A DNA stretch of 56,034 bases, filler included, from Sphacelaria rigidula (Eukaryota), in the NCBI GenBank assembly GCA_964200075.2. It is 4 parts of 4 records of this genome, joined end to end, with 100 filler letters (N's around TTAATTAATTAA, not from the genome) between each part and the next. Parts side by side here need not be neighbours in the genome. Positions count along the whole stretch, not along the records: positions 1 to 13,935 come from CAXNAA020002572.1; 3 more parts are not named here. One strand, given 5' to 3'. Position 1 is the stretch's first letter. Each line of letters opens with the position of its first letter. The position numbers were made by a program, and so were the translations under genes. Below are positions 1-12,005 of this stretch, piece by piece. The notes under the pieces are model-generated. The model did not search any database. It had not been told where the DNA came from and was given only the letters and a program-made list of their open reading frames with translations.

Positions 1-269
1 GGGGAAAAAAAAAAGTCGAACGGGACGACATTGCAGACCAAGTCTTGACAAGAAAAAAAAGTAATAAGAAAGTCAACACAAGCAAAGCACAGGAATAGAT
101 GGCCGACCTAAAACCAAAAAAAAGGAACAGAAGAGGAAAGTATAGAGCAAATAGAATCAAATACAATGAAACGATGAAAAAGAAGAAGAAGGCCCAAGGG
201 ATTCAAGACAGCAGAGTAGATACAGATACACACCAGTGGGCACCGCAGAGCCACCGACTGAGGACATGA

Positions 270-614
270 TCAACAACCGATATGAGCAGACAGGATTCTC
301 CGATTGGCAGCCCTCGACGCAGCAGCCTCTCGCTTGTGACGGCGGTCTGATTCTCGCTTGTCCGCGCGTCGCCACGTGTCCTCAAGCTCTTCCGCCCCCT
401 TCTCGACTCCAATATGCCATTTGCCCATGTTCTTCGCCGCAGTGGCCCAATCGTGTGCATCTTTAACCTCTGCACCGTAGACGAACCACTTTCGTCGGAC
501 TCCTGTGTGCGGGACAGCCCCTAGCGCACGTAGATTCTCCTTTAGGGTACCCTCCCATTGCTTGGGGGGGCGGCCGACCTCCTTGGGTCCTCGTATGGAA
601 AGTCGACCGTTCAT
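270..614 (-). mobile_element. 5'-truncated non-LTR retrotransposon (RTE-like LINE) 3' remnant, intronic
   Basis: Minus-strand peptide MNGRLSIRGPKEVGRPPKQWEGTLKENLRALG...W...AAKNMGKW resembles the post-RT C-terminus of RTE-clade LINEs (GRP..W...L..L...W...A....W pattern). Stops lie upstream and low-complexity sequence downstream. Recognised by eye only. Confidence 0.6.
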
Positions 615-686
615 GACACGCGTCTTGTGTTACTATGTTTTGATATTGCCAGATATCTCGCCTCTCAACGAGACTGGATTCCACAG

Positions 687-776
687 CAAGATGACACAAG
701 TGTGCAGCGTGCGGCGGCGTCGGGGACAGGTCGAGCAGGACGGATGCGTGTGGACGGAGGCGTTATTGAGGTGGAG
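687..776 (+). CDS. Probable internal exon of the TRAPPC10-like gene (QDDTSVQRAAASGTGRAGRMRVDGGVIEVE)
   Basis: ccacag| acceptor, GAG|gtgagc donor, 90 nt, phase 0/0 compatible with the downstream exons. No recognisable homology. Confidence 0.4.
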
Positions 777-1279
777 GTGAGCGCACAAGGTGTCATTTTC
801 AATCGGCGCGTCATTTTTGTGTTTTTGTCCGTGCGGGGGAGCAATTGAGCTTCCATATTCCCCCCTGTAACAGAAGAAACAACTTTCAACCTTCGTGACC
901 TATCGCTCGACATGTGTCTTGATCGATGTGTCGTAAAGACGCGGGTTGGAGCCAGCTCCGCTCGAAACAATGTTTCAAGCGTGACTGGGATCTCCGTACT
1001 CATTGGCAGATGATCGTACTCTTCACGTTTTTCTGCAGTAGCAGCATGTGCAACGCGTCGAATTCGCGGATATACAGTACCAGAGAAGAAGCCCCGATCC
1101 GTGCTCAACAGTATGGACCAGTGCCACCTATAGCTCGAAATACGTGTCTCCGAAACTGTAGCACGTATTCCACGGGTGGGACGGTTATCCGTATCCACTG
1201 AATGAGCATCCTGAAAACGGCTTGTTCTCTTTTGATTCGAATGACGAAATACCGTATGAGGCTGTGTCTTGGCAAGCTA

Positions 1280-1850
1280 GTTTCGATCGAAAAGGCGCGG
1301 CGCAGAAGAAAAATCCCAGAGATGTACACGTTACACGTGACGTCTTTACGTGACACATTCGGAGAAACGCAACTTTGGGTCATTTAACGCTACGTAAGAT
1401 TTGATTTTTTGGATGGGATCAATGTAGGGTAACGTGATGTAACGTGTGGTCCTTAGAATGAACCCTAACATAGTGTTTTACTTTCCAAATGTGACGAAAG
1501 CTCTGCTTGTTTTCGTGAATATGTAACGTGTCACGTCACGTGAAAAAATCGCAAAAACAGCCTTTTTTTGCATGTGGAAAATCCCAAGATACACTGCTTC
1601 AAAGTCAACACGTTACATCACGTCACGTTTCACTTGTCCAGTCCAAAAAATCAAACCCCACGTAGCTTTGAATGGCCCAAACTTACGCTTTTCCCATTTT
1701 TTTCAAATGTGTCACGTGTGTAACGTGTATATCCCTGAAAAATTCCGATTTGATAGGTCGTCGTTTATTTCCGCGTCATTTTTGTCGAGATGGCCACTTA
1801 TCAGATTAGATTTGTTTTTCTCCCACCTCACTTTTTCGATCGAAAAATAA
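1280..1850. mobile_element. Foldback/MITE-like element with long imperfect inverted arms
   Basis: About 1325-1450 (cacgttacacgtga...tacgtaagatttgattttttgga...aacgtgatgtaacgtg) is the reverse complement of about 1605-1735 (cacgttacatcacgt...tccaaaaaatcaaaccccacgtag...tcacgtgtgtaacgtg). tttcgatcgaaa occurs at both outer ends. Confidence 0.65.
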
Positions 1851-2024
1851 TGCATAAAGACACGCCCCTTATTGTGTGAAATATTCGCCCAGTACTGAGG
1901 AGAGGGCCCTTCGAAGCAAGCAAATCGTAGCACCTCGTGTTTCATTTCTTCATCTACAAGCACCATGTTGTCGCCAATGAATCAGCAACAAGCTTTCAAG
2001 GTGCTTTTGAGAAGGTAACGATGC

Positions 2025-2660
2025 TCCACGGCACTGACCACTCCAGGTTATTTTCAGGACTGAGTACCGCCGAGTGTCTGGAGGACCCAACCCTCGAAAT
2101 ACTTGGTCTGGTACTCGGAGTATACAGTGCCCGATACCCTCGATTAATCGCAGTACTCGCACTCCAAAATACTGGGTATTCCACAGTGCGCGTAGTACCC
2201 ATTCCTCGCAATACTCGGTCTGGTACTTGAAGTGCGAAGTATGGCACTCACAGTACGCGGCAGGGCCTGGAGCACGGGCACCCTTGAGCTGGGTCCTTTT
2301 GAGCACCGGCAGTGTCGACTACCGAAGGTACTGAGTATTCCAGAGTACCCACCCTCGTAAGTACTGAGTACCCCGAATTAGAGACCAATTCTGATCTCTC
2401 AACTCTAGATGAACACACGTGCTAGACACAATAAACAGTTTATGTACCGCGGGTACGTATCAAAATGGTTGGCGTCGGAAGGTGACACGACTTGCGTTGT
2501 ACTTAATACAGCGAAGGTCCATCTTTACGTGTTACACATCACAATACTCCCACTTTTATGCAGAACCCTCCGTACAATACGTGGTCTAATTTTTTGGAGA
2601 ACTCAGTGTAGTACTCAATACTGACAGAGTACCTGGAATGCTAACCCCCAAGTACTCGTA
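2025..2660. mobile_element. GAGTAC(T)-rich MITE-like repeat
   Basis: Many gagtac/gtactc motifs. About 2040-2075 (ctccaggttattttcaggactgagtacc) is roughly the reverse complement of about 2605-2640 (gtactcaatactgacagagtacctggaa). Confidence 0.5.
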
Positions 2661-2799
2661 CTCGGGTTATATCGTGTCGTGAACACCCTCGCAACCTGTG
2701 CACGTTTTGGGCGTGTAGGGTTAACGCCCAATGCCCATGTTTGATGGCCTCTTTCTTCGCCGCATGTTTTGTCATTGGCTCGTGCTATCACGTTCGAAG

Positions 2800-2892
2800 A
2801 CGGTTTCCGGGCAGTACTTCTGGGATCCTGATGAAGAGGGAGAAGTCTTTGTTCCGCCGCAAGATGGGAGCAAGGCAGTCAACCCGATCAAG
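2800..2892 (+). CDS. Probable internal exon of the TRAPPC10-like gene (TVSGQYFWDPDEEGEVFVPPQDGSKAVNPIK)
   Basis: gaag| acceptor (gcag| at 2814 is an alternative), AAG|gtgtgg donor, phase 0/0, protein-like composition. Confidence 0.5.
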
Positions 2893-3364
2893 GTGTGGTG
2901 TACCCCGAGTATGTTGTGTGAGCTGAACAGGTATGTTGTGTGAAGTTCAAGTGTGCTGTAGCGGCGAATTGGATAGAAATGTGTTGTGTGTGGTTTGAGA
3001 TGACTCGTCCAGAGACGCTGCATATACAGCGCACGGTCTTGCAAGGTGATCGTTGTTGTATGAATCTACGCACCTGTGACACATCCAGCAAGTGGTCAGA
3101 TCCGTTGCGCTCGAGTCGTGTCAGAGTTGGAGCTCTTTTGGGGGGTAACGCATCATACAGCTGTACTGCAGAAGATAACCAACCGTACAAACGTTTCGGC
3201 GTCAACATGTGACTGCTTGCTTCGGTACTTGACTTTTTTCTAGCAAGGATTGTCCAGTATTTTGTCCAGGCCAACCAACCGAATGCGCATAATGTGTTTT
3301 ATCGGGTTTACCGGCGATGATGTTCATCGACGGGGTTGGTATCTCGTGCGTGGATTGTGCGCAG

Positions 3365-6300
3365 ATCCTGACAGGAGGGGACGGGGCGCCTTCCCCGCGG
3401 CGATCGATGCAAGCGTCATCCCTCATGGCCGACTTCGATGACGAGGACTCAGATGAGACGGAAGGCAGCGGCGAGAGTAGCTCGGTGACAGCCCCGGGCG
3501 CGACGCGAGCATCAGGAGTACGTAGCGTGGCGTCGGCCGTCGCCACTGTCGTATCTACGGCCATGCGGCCGCGCCAGTCATTGGCGTCTCGTAACTTGAT
3601 GGGAGGAAACGGAGATAGCAACGGTGGCGGAGGCGGGCCGTATTCTACCGAATCTCGCGGCCGTGGCGGCCGCAGTCTTGCGGACCCTGCAGTGTTGGAA
3701 GATGCGTATCTCCAGCTAACGCACTCGCTCGCGCAGCACAATCAGCGGGCCGGGAGGGTGCGTGCGGCAGCGAGGTGCTGGGGAAAGCGCGCGGAGTTGT
3801 TGTTGGAGAGGGGGGAGGTGGGGATTGCGCAAGCGAGGCTTGTGAGGTTGGCTGATCTGTACCAGGTGCGCGTTGTTTGTCGTATGCTTCCCGTTTGGGT
3901 AGCTGGGTGGGTTGTGGCATTCCCAGGCTATGGGCGTGACGCATCGCGAAACGCGGTGAGAAAACAGCACATGTGCGATCATCGTACCGCAGTCTGTTAC
4001 GGTCGACAGTCGTCGTGCTTTTTGAGTCGCTCACAGGACACCATCTCTGTGTCATCTGCAGCTTACTGGCAGAACGCTGACTTCTTCATCGCGCTCTTCG
4101 TTTGCTTGACAGCGTATGTGATGCTGCCTTTCAACATAACTCTTGCGGGTTCGCGTGCCATTGCGCAGTTTTGCTGTATCTCCTGCATTCGATGCCTGAA
4201 CGTAGGGTGCATTACGTGCGCGGAATCCCCCCCACTCGTCATTTTCTTCCGTCTTTGCACCGGTATATTTTCTGGTATTGTATCTCAACAGTCTGAAGGC
4301 TGGCTCCCGCAGGCGTTCTGGACACTGCACAGACTGGCACGGTGCCGCCGCACCATCGCTTCATCGTCGACGACAAACAGCGGTGGATGCGGCGGCGATG
4401 GAAACGCCAGCGGAAGCTATGTGTCCACGGTTATGCGGCTGGTGGCACTACTGAGGGACCCGCGGGTGCGGTCCGAAGGCGGATCAGCGGCGGTGAACCG
4501 AGCGGCAGCGGGGCTACTGCGTGATGCGCACGCGCTGACTTTGACGACCTCTCCTTCGCGAGCTGCCGAAGACGATTCGCCCTACCGTCCAGACACCCAA
4601 TCTGCCGAGGGCGGCGGCGCCGAGCCCGCGTACAAGTTGCAGTGCTTCGCTGATGTGAAGGCTTCGGTGTTGGTGGGTTGCAGTGGTGAAGGCGACGAAA
4701 AAGACCGATCTTGGTTGTGGAGCCCAGGTGAGCTGCCGACGGTTCACGTGGGCGATACGCTCCGAGTCTCGTGCATACTGACGAGCCACTTGCCCCAGGC
4801 GGTAACTCTAGATAGCCTGGCGCTTGAGATGACATACGAAGGGAGGTACGTCGGCGGCCGAGAGACTGATAACGGGGCTCACCGACGGGGGGGCAGGACG
4901 TCCATGCTGCCAGGCGGGCGGAGGAACCTACAGCGACTGGAGAGCGTGAAGAATATGTCAGGCGTTGATGACTCCCCTATCCCTCCTTCCCCTGCTAGCC
5001 GGGCTCCGGCTGCAAAGTTCCGTCCCCCGCCGCCGGTGGTCACTGCTACGAGCGCGCTGACGGAGTCATTGACTGATATGGACGCAAGTTTTGGACCCGC
5101 GGCGGCAGCCGCGGCGGCGACCGCCGACCGGGAGCTGATGGCGGGACAAAATTTTTCGAAGGCACGGAGTCAGAGCTTGAGCCCAAGATCTAAAAATCCT
5201 GCTGCGGGAAATAATTTCGCCAGTGTGGGAGGCATTGGTGGCGGCGCGGTTGACGCCCGCTCGGTGTTGGCTCTCCCCGACCGCAGCAAGAGCACCACCC
5301 GGTATTCGATTGGGGACTCGCCTGAATCCTCTCCCCGTCTGGCGGCGGATGGGCCGACAGTAATAGCCCCCTTGTCCCGTGCTCCGCGGCATCAACAACG
5401 GTCACCTGCTGTCTGCGGGGCAACGATAGATGGCCCGACACAGCTTGAGCCAGGCGAGAATATTGTTATATTCTCGCTGCGGCCAGCGATGCCGGGAATC
5501 GTGACTGCCACGAGAATTTCGATCTCCTGGGGGGGCGTGCATCTCGTAGGCGTGCTGCCGCAGGGTGGTCGAGGGGCGGCAGTAGGGGCTACGAACCCCG
5601 CCGCTCAGTTGACTGTGCCAGTCGGAGCGCCGCGCCCGCGCCCGGCACCGTCCGCAGTTGTACGTCCGTTCCGCCCGCAAGCTACTCTCGAGATACTACC
5701 GCCAGCGTTTCTCCCAGCCGGCTGTGGTGGATGGATGCGCGTTGTAGTCACCACAGGACCAGATACGATGCGTGGCACTCGGTTGAGGGTGGGCGTGGGT
5801 CACGGCCTTGCGTGGGGCTCGGTTGCGCTTGCTAGGATACGCCTGCGTCCGGTGGGCAGTGATGTAGGCGGTGGTGATGATGGGGAAGAAAGACAGGCGC
5901 TAGCGACGGCGAGGGAGGATCTTGCTGAGGTTGCAGTCGAGCTTCCCGACAGGATGCGCGCCGGGTGGCGGGCGGACGTATTCCTCCGCGTGCTGTCGAC
6001 CGCCCCGGCGGCGCCGCGCCTAGAAGATTTGTTCGTTTCCAGCACGTTTCGAAGCCCGACTCCGAAGGCGTGCACTGTCAAAGCGGAAATGCAGGCCGGG
6101 CACTCGCGAGATGCTGAGGATGCAGCAGCCAAGACGCCCCTGTCTCCTCCCGGGAACGACAGCCAGGCGGGGGTGGAGTGCCGTATTCGAGCACGGGGGA
6201 TTGTTCAGGCAAGACTGCCGTTCGAGACCCGAACGACCGTAATGCCGCGGCCTGGCGGGGTGGTGCTAGCTGAGGCGTCTCTGGTTTGTCGGGCTCCCGT

Positions 6301-7495
6301 CGCGCTCGTTCTGCGCTCGTGCGAGATCGACGAGCTGGAAACAGGCGCCACGGTCATGGCGAACCCGAACGCTCACCTGGACGGGGAGTTGTTGCCGCCA
6401 GGGCAACCTCTGCGTTTGGCAGTATGCCTGCGCCGCGACTGGCGGGCAAGGGTGTTGGCGACAGCCACCGAGGGGTTTGACGGCAGCAAAAGAACTAGCA
6501 TTGACAGTGACTTTTCTTCGTCCGGCTTGCCGCCGCCGCTTGCGGTGCTGAGGCTTCATTACGAGATTCACCACGACGGCACGGAGGACGACGGCACACC
6601 GAAAACCGCGGCGAATGAAGACGTTTCTCGGGAAAACGAGAAATTTATCTTTGACGTGACCATTCCTGCACCACCAGAACGCAGTGAAAGCACCGTCCGG
6701 TCGCTGCCGGCTTCCATCACCTCTGTTGGGACCGGTTCGATCCCGCGACCCCGTGTCACCCTCACTGCGTTCGTTGAGCCCAGCGATGGCGGGGGTAGTG
6801 CGAAAAACGTGGCCACGGGTGATGGGTCCATGCTTGAGCTGAAGCTCGCCGAGCCTCGGGCTTTCGAATTCGGTGTAGATGTTGGTTCAGAGGCGCCAGA
6901 TGGCGCGAAGGCGGGCGCGGAGCAACTAGCGACGTTTCAGGTGGCGGCTTGCCCGCTGGACTGGATGATCAGCGGGCTTGTGAAGGGGTCGGCAAAGCTG
7001 GGGACCGAGGTGAGGTCTCTGTTGAGAGTGGTCGTGTGAAGGGTGTTTTACACTACTCGGTGAAGGACCGGGGACCCTGGTTCGCGAAGTGACGTGCGTT
7101 CGGCATGTGTAAAGCCATCACCTCACGGTTCATTTGTGCACTGTGTCTTGGGCACCAGTGAACTGATGGTGGTTTTCAGCGGCTAGGATGTGCATTCGAG
7201 GCGTTGTGGTCGGGTAACGAGTGTACTCCCTGGTGAGATATTTCAAGTACTCGAAAGCGTCTTTCATTGTCACACAGCCGGTTTTCGCCATCCCAATACC
7301 GTTTCACGTGGGTCTGTGCGGTTGTATCAGATCGGCAAGCGCGTGCTGTGCAAGGTGCATCTCGTGCCCATCCGATGCGGGCTGCTACCCCTGCCCCACA
7401 TCGACGTCGTGGCAGATGCGAGCGTTGGCGAGGACAATGTGAGCCACAGCACCACCGTAGCCTGCCGCTACTATTCCGTGCACACTTGGCAATGA
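3365..7495 (+). CDS. TRAPPC10: Trafficking protein particle complex II subunit TRAPPC10/Trs130-like, last exons: 3365-3865, 4292-7009, 7331-7495 (stop); 5' part off-contig
   Basis: Spliced peptide LEDAYLQLTHSLAQHNQRAGRVRAAARCWGKRAELLLERGE...LADLYQ|SEGWLPQAFWTLHRLARC matches the TRAPPC10 helical segment (Y..L.......Y...GR.R.A......A......EGW). The C-terminal DWMISG and LVPIRCGLLPLPHI match the TRAPPC10 C-terminal beta domain. All junctions are GT-AG, phase 0. Confidence 0.8.
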
Positions 7496-8360
7496 GTCGA
7501 ACGGTAGAATTTTTATGTAGGGGAAACAAATAATACTTGAACTGCGGGCTGACGCGATTATGATTTGTGTCCACAAAGGAAGGAAACATATTGCCGTGTA
7601 GTAGCAGCGCACTCGATAGAATCGCCAGGGAACTGCAAGTTCGTTTACGCGACTTCCCGTAGGGGTTGATTCACCTAGTACGTCTTGTATCTCACTTGTG
7701 TGTCTCAGCACTTTTCCCCGGTGATCCATGCGGAGGTCCTGCAAATGATTGCTGTACTATACCTCCACACTGCGGTATCGTAACGGGGTGTTTCCGTTGA
7801 GTTGTACAGTGCGAGCACATTGTGAGATATGGAGGGTCTCTAGCCCTTTTACTAGGGTTACGTATTGTTATCTATCTACTTCATATCGCAACCTATTTGC
7901 CACCATCACTATGTACCGGGTGGAACTCTCTCGGAATTTGGCGTGTCATCTGTGGCCAGTCGTCCCTCCTGTTAGGCATGTGCTGCTACGAAGGGGTTCT
8001 TGGGGCAGAGCGCCAAGCATGGTGTACTTTTATTTATACAGCCTTTTCAAGCCAATTAAAAACGGCGTGCAGCACAGTCACTTGCACACCTTGAAGTGAA
8101 ATCATCTGGGTGTTTTCAGGCAGTAAGGAGCTAAGATGTACGTGGCAAACCTGAACCAAAGCGCGCCATGCTAAGGAATCGCTTGATGTGTTACCGCTGG
8201 AGTTCCCTCTGTGCCTGTCGAGGACCACCGTAACGTAACGAGTAGACCGTCGCGTAGTACACTCGCTTGTGCGTCTGCCGTCTCCCTGAGAACTTCCGAA
8301 GAATATCCCAATAACTTTGACTTTTTTCTTTTGCGGCACTTCAGGCTGTTGTTTGGAGGT

Positions 8361-8640
8361 GGGTTAACCGGCGTTGGGCTATGATATGCCCATGGCTGAT
8401 ACATTTTGCAACTCTCGCTACCCCTAGCCCAGGCCCCAACCCAACGCATACGAGAACCCTCGGGCAAGCGAGGTACACGAGGTTCCCTAGGCGAAGTGCG
8501 GCCTTGGTCGACCCAAAATTGGCGCCTGTAGCGCCGATTCGGACGAAAACGCGTTCTGGGCACGCGAGGAGCACGCGGGACTGTCAGCCCCACTAGAAAT
8601 TCGATTCTCGTTGTTCACACTCGAATCGAGTAATATCAAC
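8361..8640 (+). repeat. Dispersed repeat, copy A (about 280 bp)
   Basis: Colinear with 11485-11752 (gggttaaccgg...ccaacccaacgcatac...ctcgggcaag...gtgcggccttggt...gtcagccccacta...gattctcgttgt...acactc). Confidence 0.85.
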
Positions 8641-10589
8641 CATGGACATATGCTGACCAACCGCAGTTAACTCTACTTGTTGTTTGACTTTCGCCTGGTA
8701 CCCGCTTTAGTTTCTTTCTTATTCTTTTTCCTTTTTTTATTCCCCTGTGTTTGCTTCATCGACAGATCTCAAGCGTTTGTTGAGGTGTTGAGGCACACGA
8801 GCCATTCATGCACAGCTGTAGCCGGTCTCAATCCTTTTCCTCCACACGGTCAGATTGTCTACTAGCTATTTCCATCATGTCAATCGATATCTTGTCACCA
8901 CGAAAGTGCTCCGGGTTTGCGTCCGAATTTTGGCGTCAGATTTTACGAATAAATCCGGAGAAATCATGGAAACACCTTGGTCGAAAAAACTCCGATTTCG
9001 ACTTCTTGGCATTGGGCTGAGACCGGTGCCATCCCTAGCTGACTCCCGTGGAGATGATATCCACTTACTATTTGATTGCTTCCGTGTCATCGCGGGTATG
9101 AGTTCAGCGTAAAAAATAGATCGTTTCATGATTTCTGTCACAGCCTTGTGTTCGCCTTATTACCCAGCGTCAAGTGGATATACGGTATGGCACACGGTAC
9201 TGCACCTATTTCTCGTACTACCCGAGAGAAGTCGTGAGAACGTCCTTGTACATTTCCGAGCTTGTGTTCAGCCTCCACTACTTGGGCGGTCACAGCATTG
9301 CGAAAGGAGAGGGTAGGCACAACTGTTGCTTGGAGCATAACGGAATACCGCGAATATGACCTTTGTATTTCGTGAGGTCGGTTTTTTGTGCCGGCAGCTG
9401 TCAACTTGGAGATCCATCATGCAGTTGACAATCGCTATGTTTTAGCGGGGCGCAAGTAGGAGTTATGCCATACCCATGAATGCGACGGTGTGTGGTTGCA
9501 ACGCGTTTTATGAGAGGCCCCCTCGAAATCAAATAGTAATCCCTGTTCATAAGGCGCTCAGGTTACGGCTTGTCCTTCTGCCGTCGACAGTTTTGCTATG
9601 ATTGCCGCAGAGAAACGGGCGTGATGGGGAGGCAGCCATCTCTAGTTGCCTCTTGGGAATGACGCGAATATCGCTCCGCCACTAGTGCAGACATCTCTGC
9701 CATACATGTGGGCTGAACCTGACGTTGCGAATGTCCCTACCCTCTACTGTTCCCTCCGCGCTTTTCCTGTGTTGTCCGCCATGGTTTCTGCCATGTCGTT
9801 CAGATTGTGGTTTGGACTCCGGAACAACGTAAAGTGCTCGTGGTGCCCACCGGTGACGCCTCTTCCATGTGTCGAGCCCGGCTTCCGTAGCCTAGCCAGC
9901 GCAATGCTGTAACTGTAGTATTATGCGATATTCGAATACATTTTTTTGTTCACCCTTGATGGATGTGCCACGTTTCCCCCAAGTCGTTCGCCGAGGGTAT
10001 CACGCGACTCCCAACCTTTTTGGAAAGGTTGGAATTGCGGTACAACCGGGCGATATTTGAGGAAGAACTCGTATTTCGTTTGTTGTGGTGACGTTTACTC
10101 TGACGCTTAAGATGAAGGAGATGCTATGCCTCCCGTGCCCGCACCGTGAGATACCTTCCGATCTGTGTGTTACATGTAGTTGTACGGCAAGAGGATTTGT
10201 ACATGTTATTTTTTTTCGCCTTTGAGCTCGCTCTGTCCGACTACACGGAGGGTATCGGACTATTGATGGAAAGTGCGCGAGCATGGCGACTGTGTGCGCT
10301 GACGTCCAAGTCGGGGTGGTTACGCGCTTGCGCTCCGGTAGACCTGCCGACTTACTTTCGCGTATTGACATGAGTAATTTCAAAGTGTACAAAGTGAGTG
10401 GGGTGGCGACAACAACTTGGGGTAACCAAAGATCGCATCTGCTGTTGCCGGATAATATGTAGGCGTTACGGTGGAATGAAAGGTGCCTGAGCTATCCATC
10501 TGGGCTATTTTGTTTTGTCGCGTATGTCGACCTTCGAAACTTGACGAATTATGTTTCGACCCCATCATCGTGAAAATTTCATGGGCAAA

Positions 10590-10932
10590 GGCCTAGGAAA
10601 GGTATACCTTCTCGTTTTTTGTCTTTGAGAAAGGTACGGAAAATGGACAGAAACGCGAAAACAACCAAACACGCCCTTTTGACCGTTTTCGCTCCGAAGT
10701 TTTCACGCACATTATTCGGGGGGGGGCATTGGCACCCGGGCCTCGAAAAAAAGCGGGAAAAAAAACATATTACTCGAGAGACATGGCCACGCGAAAACGG
10801 ATGGCTCGCCTCGAGAATCCGCTCACCTTTTGTAGCCCAAATTTCGCCGAGGTATACCTGACCCAGGAATTCTTTTTCATCGTACCTTATCTGGGCCACC
10901 GATCGGCCGAGAACGTACCTTTGCTAGGCCAT
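10590..10932. mobile_element. Small MITE-like element with imperfect terminal inverted repeats
   Basis: ggcctaggaaaggtataccttctc (about 10590) is roughly the reverse complement of gagaacgtacctttgctaggcc (about 10908-10930). Confidence 0.45.
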
Positions 10933-11484
10933 CGCTCTTTCCACTGTACCTGATGCGGCACATGGCGCGCAAGGGAGTCTACGCGCCAACTCCAACCATG
11001 GCGCCCACACATTCGGCTCTTTTCCCGCTCAGTTGCTGTTCACGGACGCCATAACGACCACGTCCCTTTCTCGCCGGAAATGGTTCCCGAATCTCTCCGC
11101 ATCGACACAAAAACTGGACGCACAACTCACAGCGCGTCGGTCTTTTGTGATCTAATGGGTTGTGGAACACTGTTGTGCTGTTGCGATCTCGGGGTGTCAG
11201 GGTCAAGCTAGGCTCTTCCACCACCAACGGACGGTTGTCGTATCATCGATGGTTGGTTCGAGCAACCTATAAAGTACTGGTCGTCACGTATATAGAGATG
11301 GGGACGCAGCAGTAATAGCGTTCAGCACTACAGTGCAGAGCAACGTGCGCCCAACGAAAACACTCGCGGAACGAGGCTAGTTAACCCTTATTTGATCGTG
11401 AGGGTAAGTCACCTGCTGAATCGCCGTTAATTTCACTGGGATAAGTATGCGTGATCTATACGAACTACCCGCATCGCGGTCTGA

Positions 11485-11752
11485 GGGTTAACCGGTTATG
11501 GGCTACAAATGCTCATGACTGACACAATTCTATGAGTACCGCTACTGCTAAACCTTATCCCAACCCAACGCATACCGAGAGCTCTCGGGCAAGGGCAGTA
11601 GAAAGCGTTCCCTTGGCAAAGTGCGGCCTTGGTGAACCCCAAATTGATGCCTATGGCGCCGATTTAAACGAGAGCGCATTTCGCTCACGGGACAGTCAGC
11701 CCCACTAAAGATCCGATTCTCGTTGTACACACTCAAATAAAGTAATGTTAAC
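11485..11752 (+). repeat. Dispersed repeat, copy B
   Basis: Diverged direct copy of 8361-8640. Confidence 0.85.
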
Positions 11753-11894
11753 TATCAAATGATTGGTGATTGATTATTCCACATTAGCTGATTGCAACAA
11801 CTCAGCCCGTGGTCAGGAGCAGCAACAAAAAAAAACAGAATTACAAGTTCACGAAGTGAAGTTGGTTCCTGCTGCGGGTAAAAATTCGACTCAC

Positions 11895-12005
11895 TGGCTT
11901 TTTGCGTCAGGATTCTTGCAACCTGATTCTTGCGATCGGATTTTTGCGATAGTTTTTTCGCGTCAGGACTCTTGCGATCGGATTCTTGCGATATTTTTCT
12001 TGCTA
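11895..12005 (+). repeat. Degenerate short tandem repeat (ggattcttgcgatc-like, about 15 nt)
   Basis: Repeated gattcttgc/gatttttgcg units are visible directly. The minus-strand frame gives repeated SQESDRK peptides. Confidence 0.6.

Noticed and set aside
3317-7039. The 1240-aa ORF as a single-exon protein
   Set aside because: It starts in intron sequence, reads through a 426-nt intron and runs past the donor at 7010. The conserved C-terminus is in the exon at 7331-7495.
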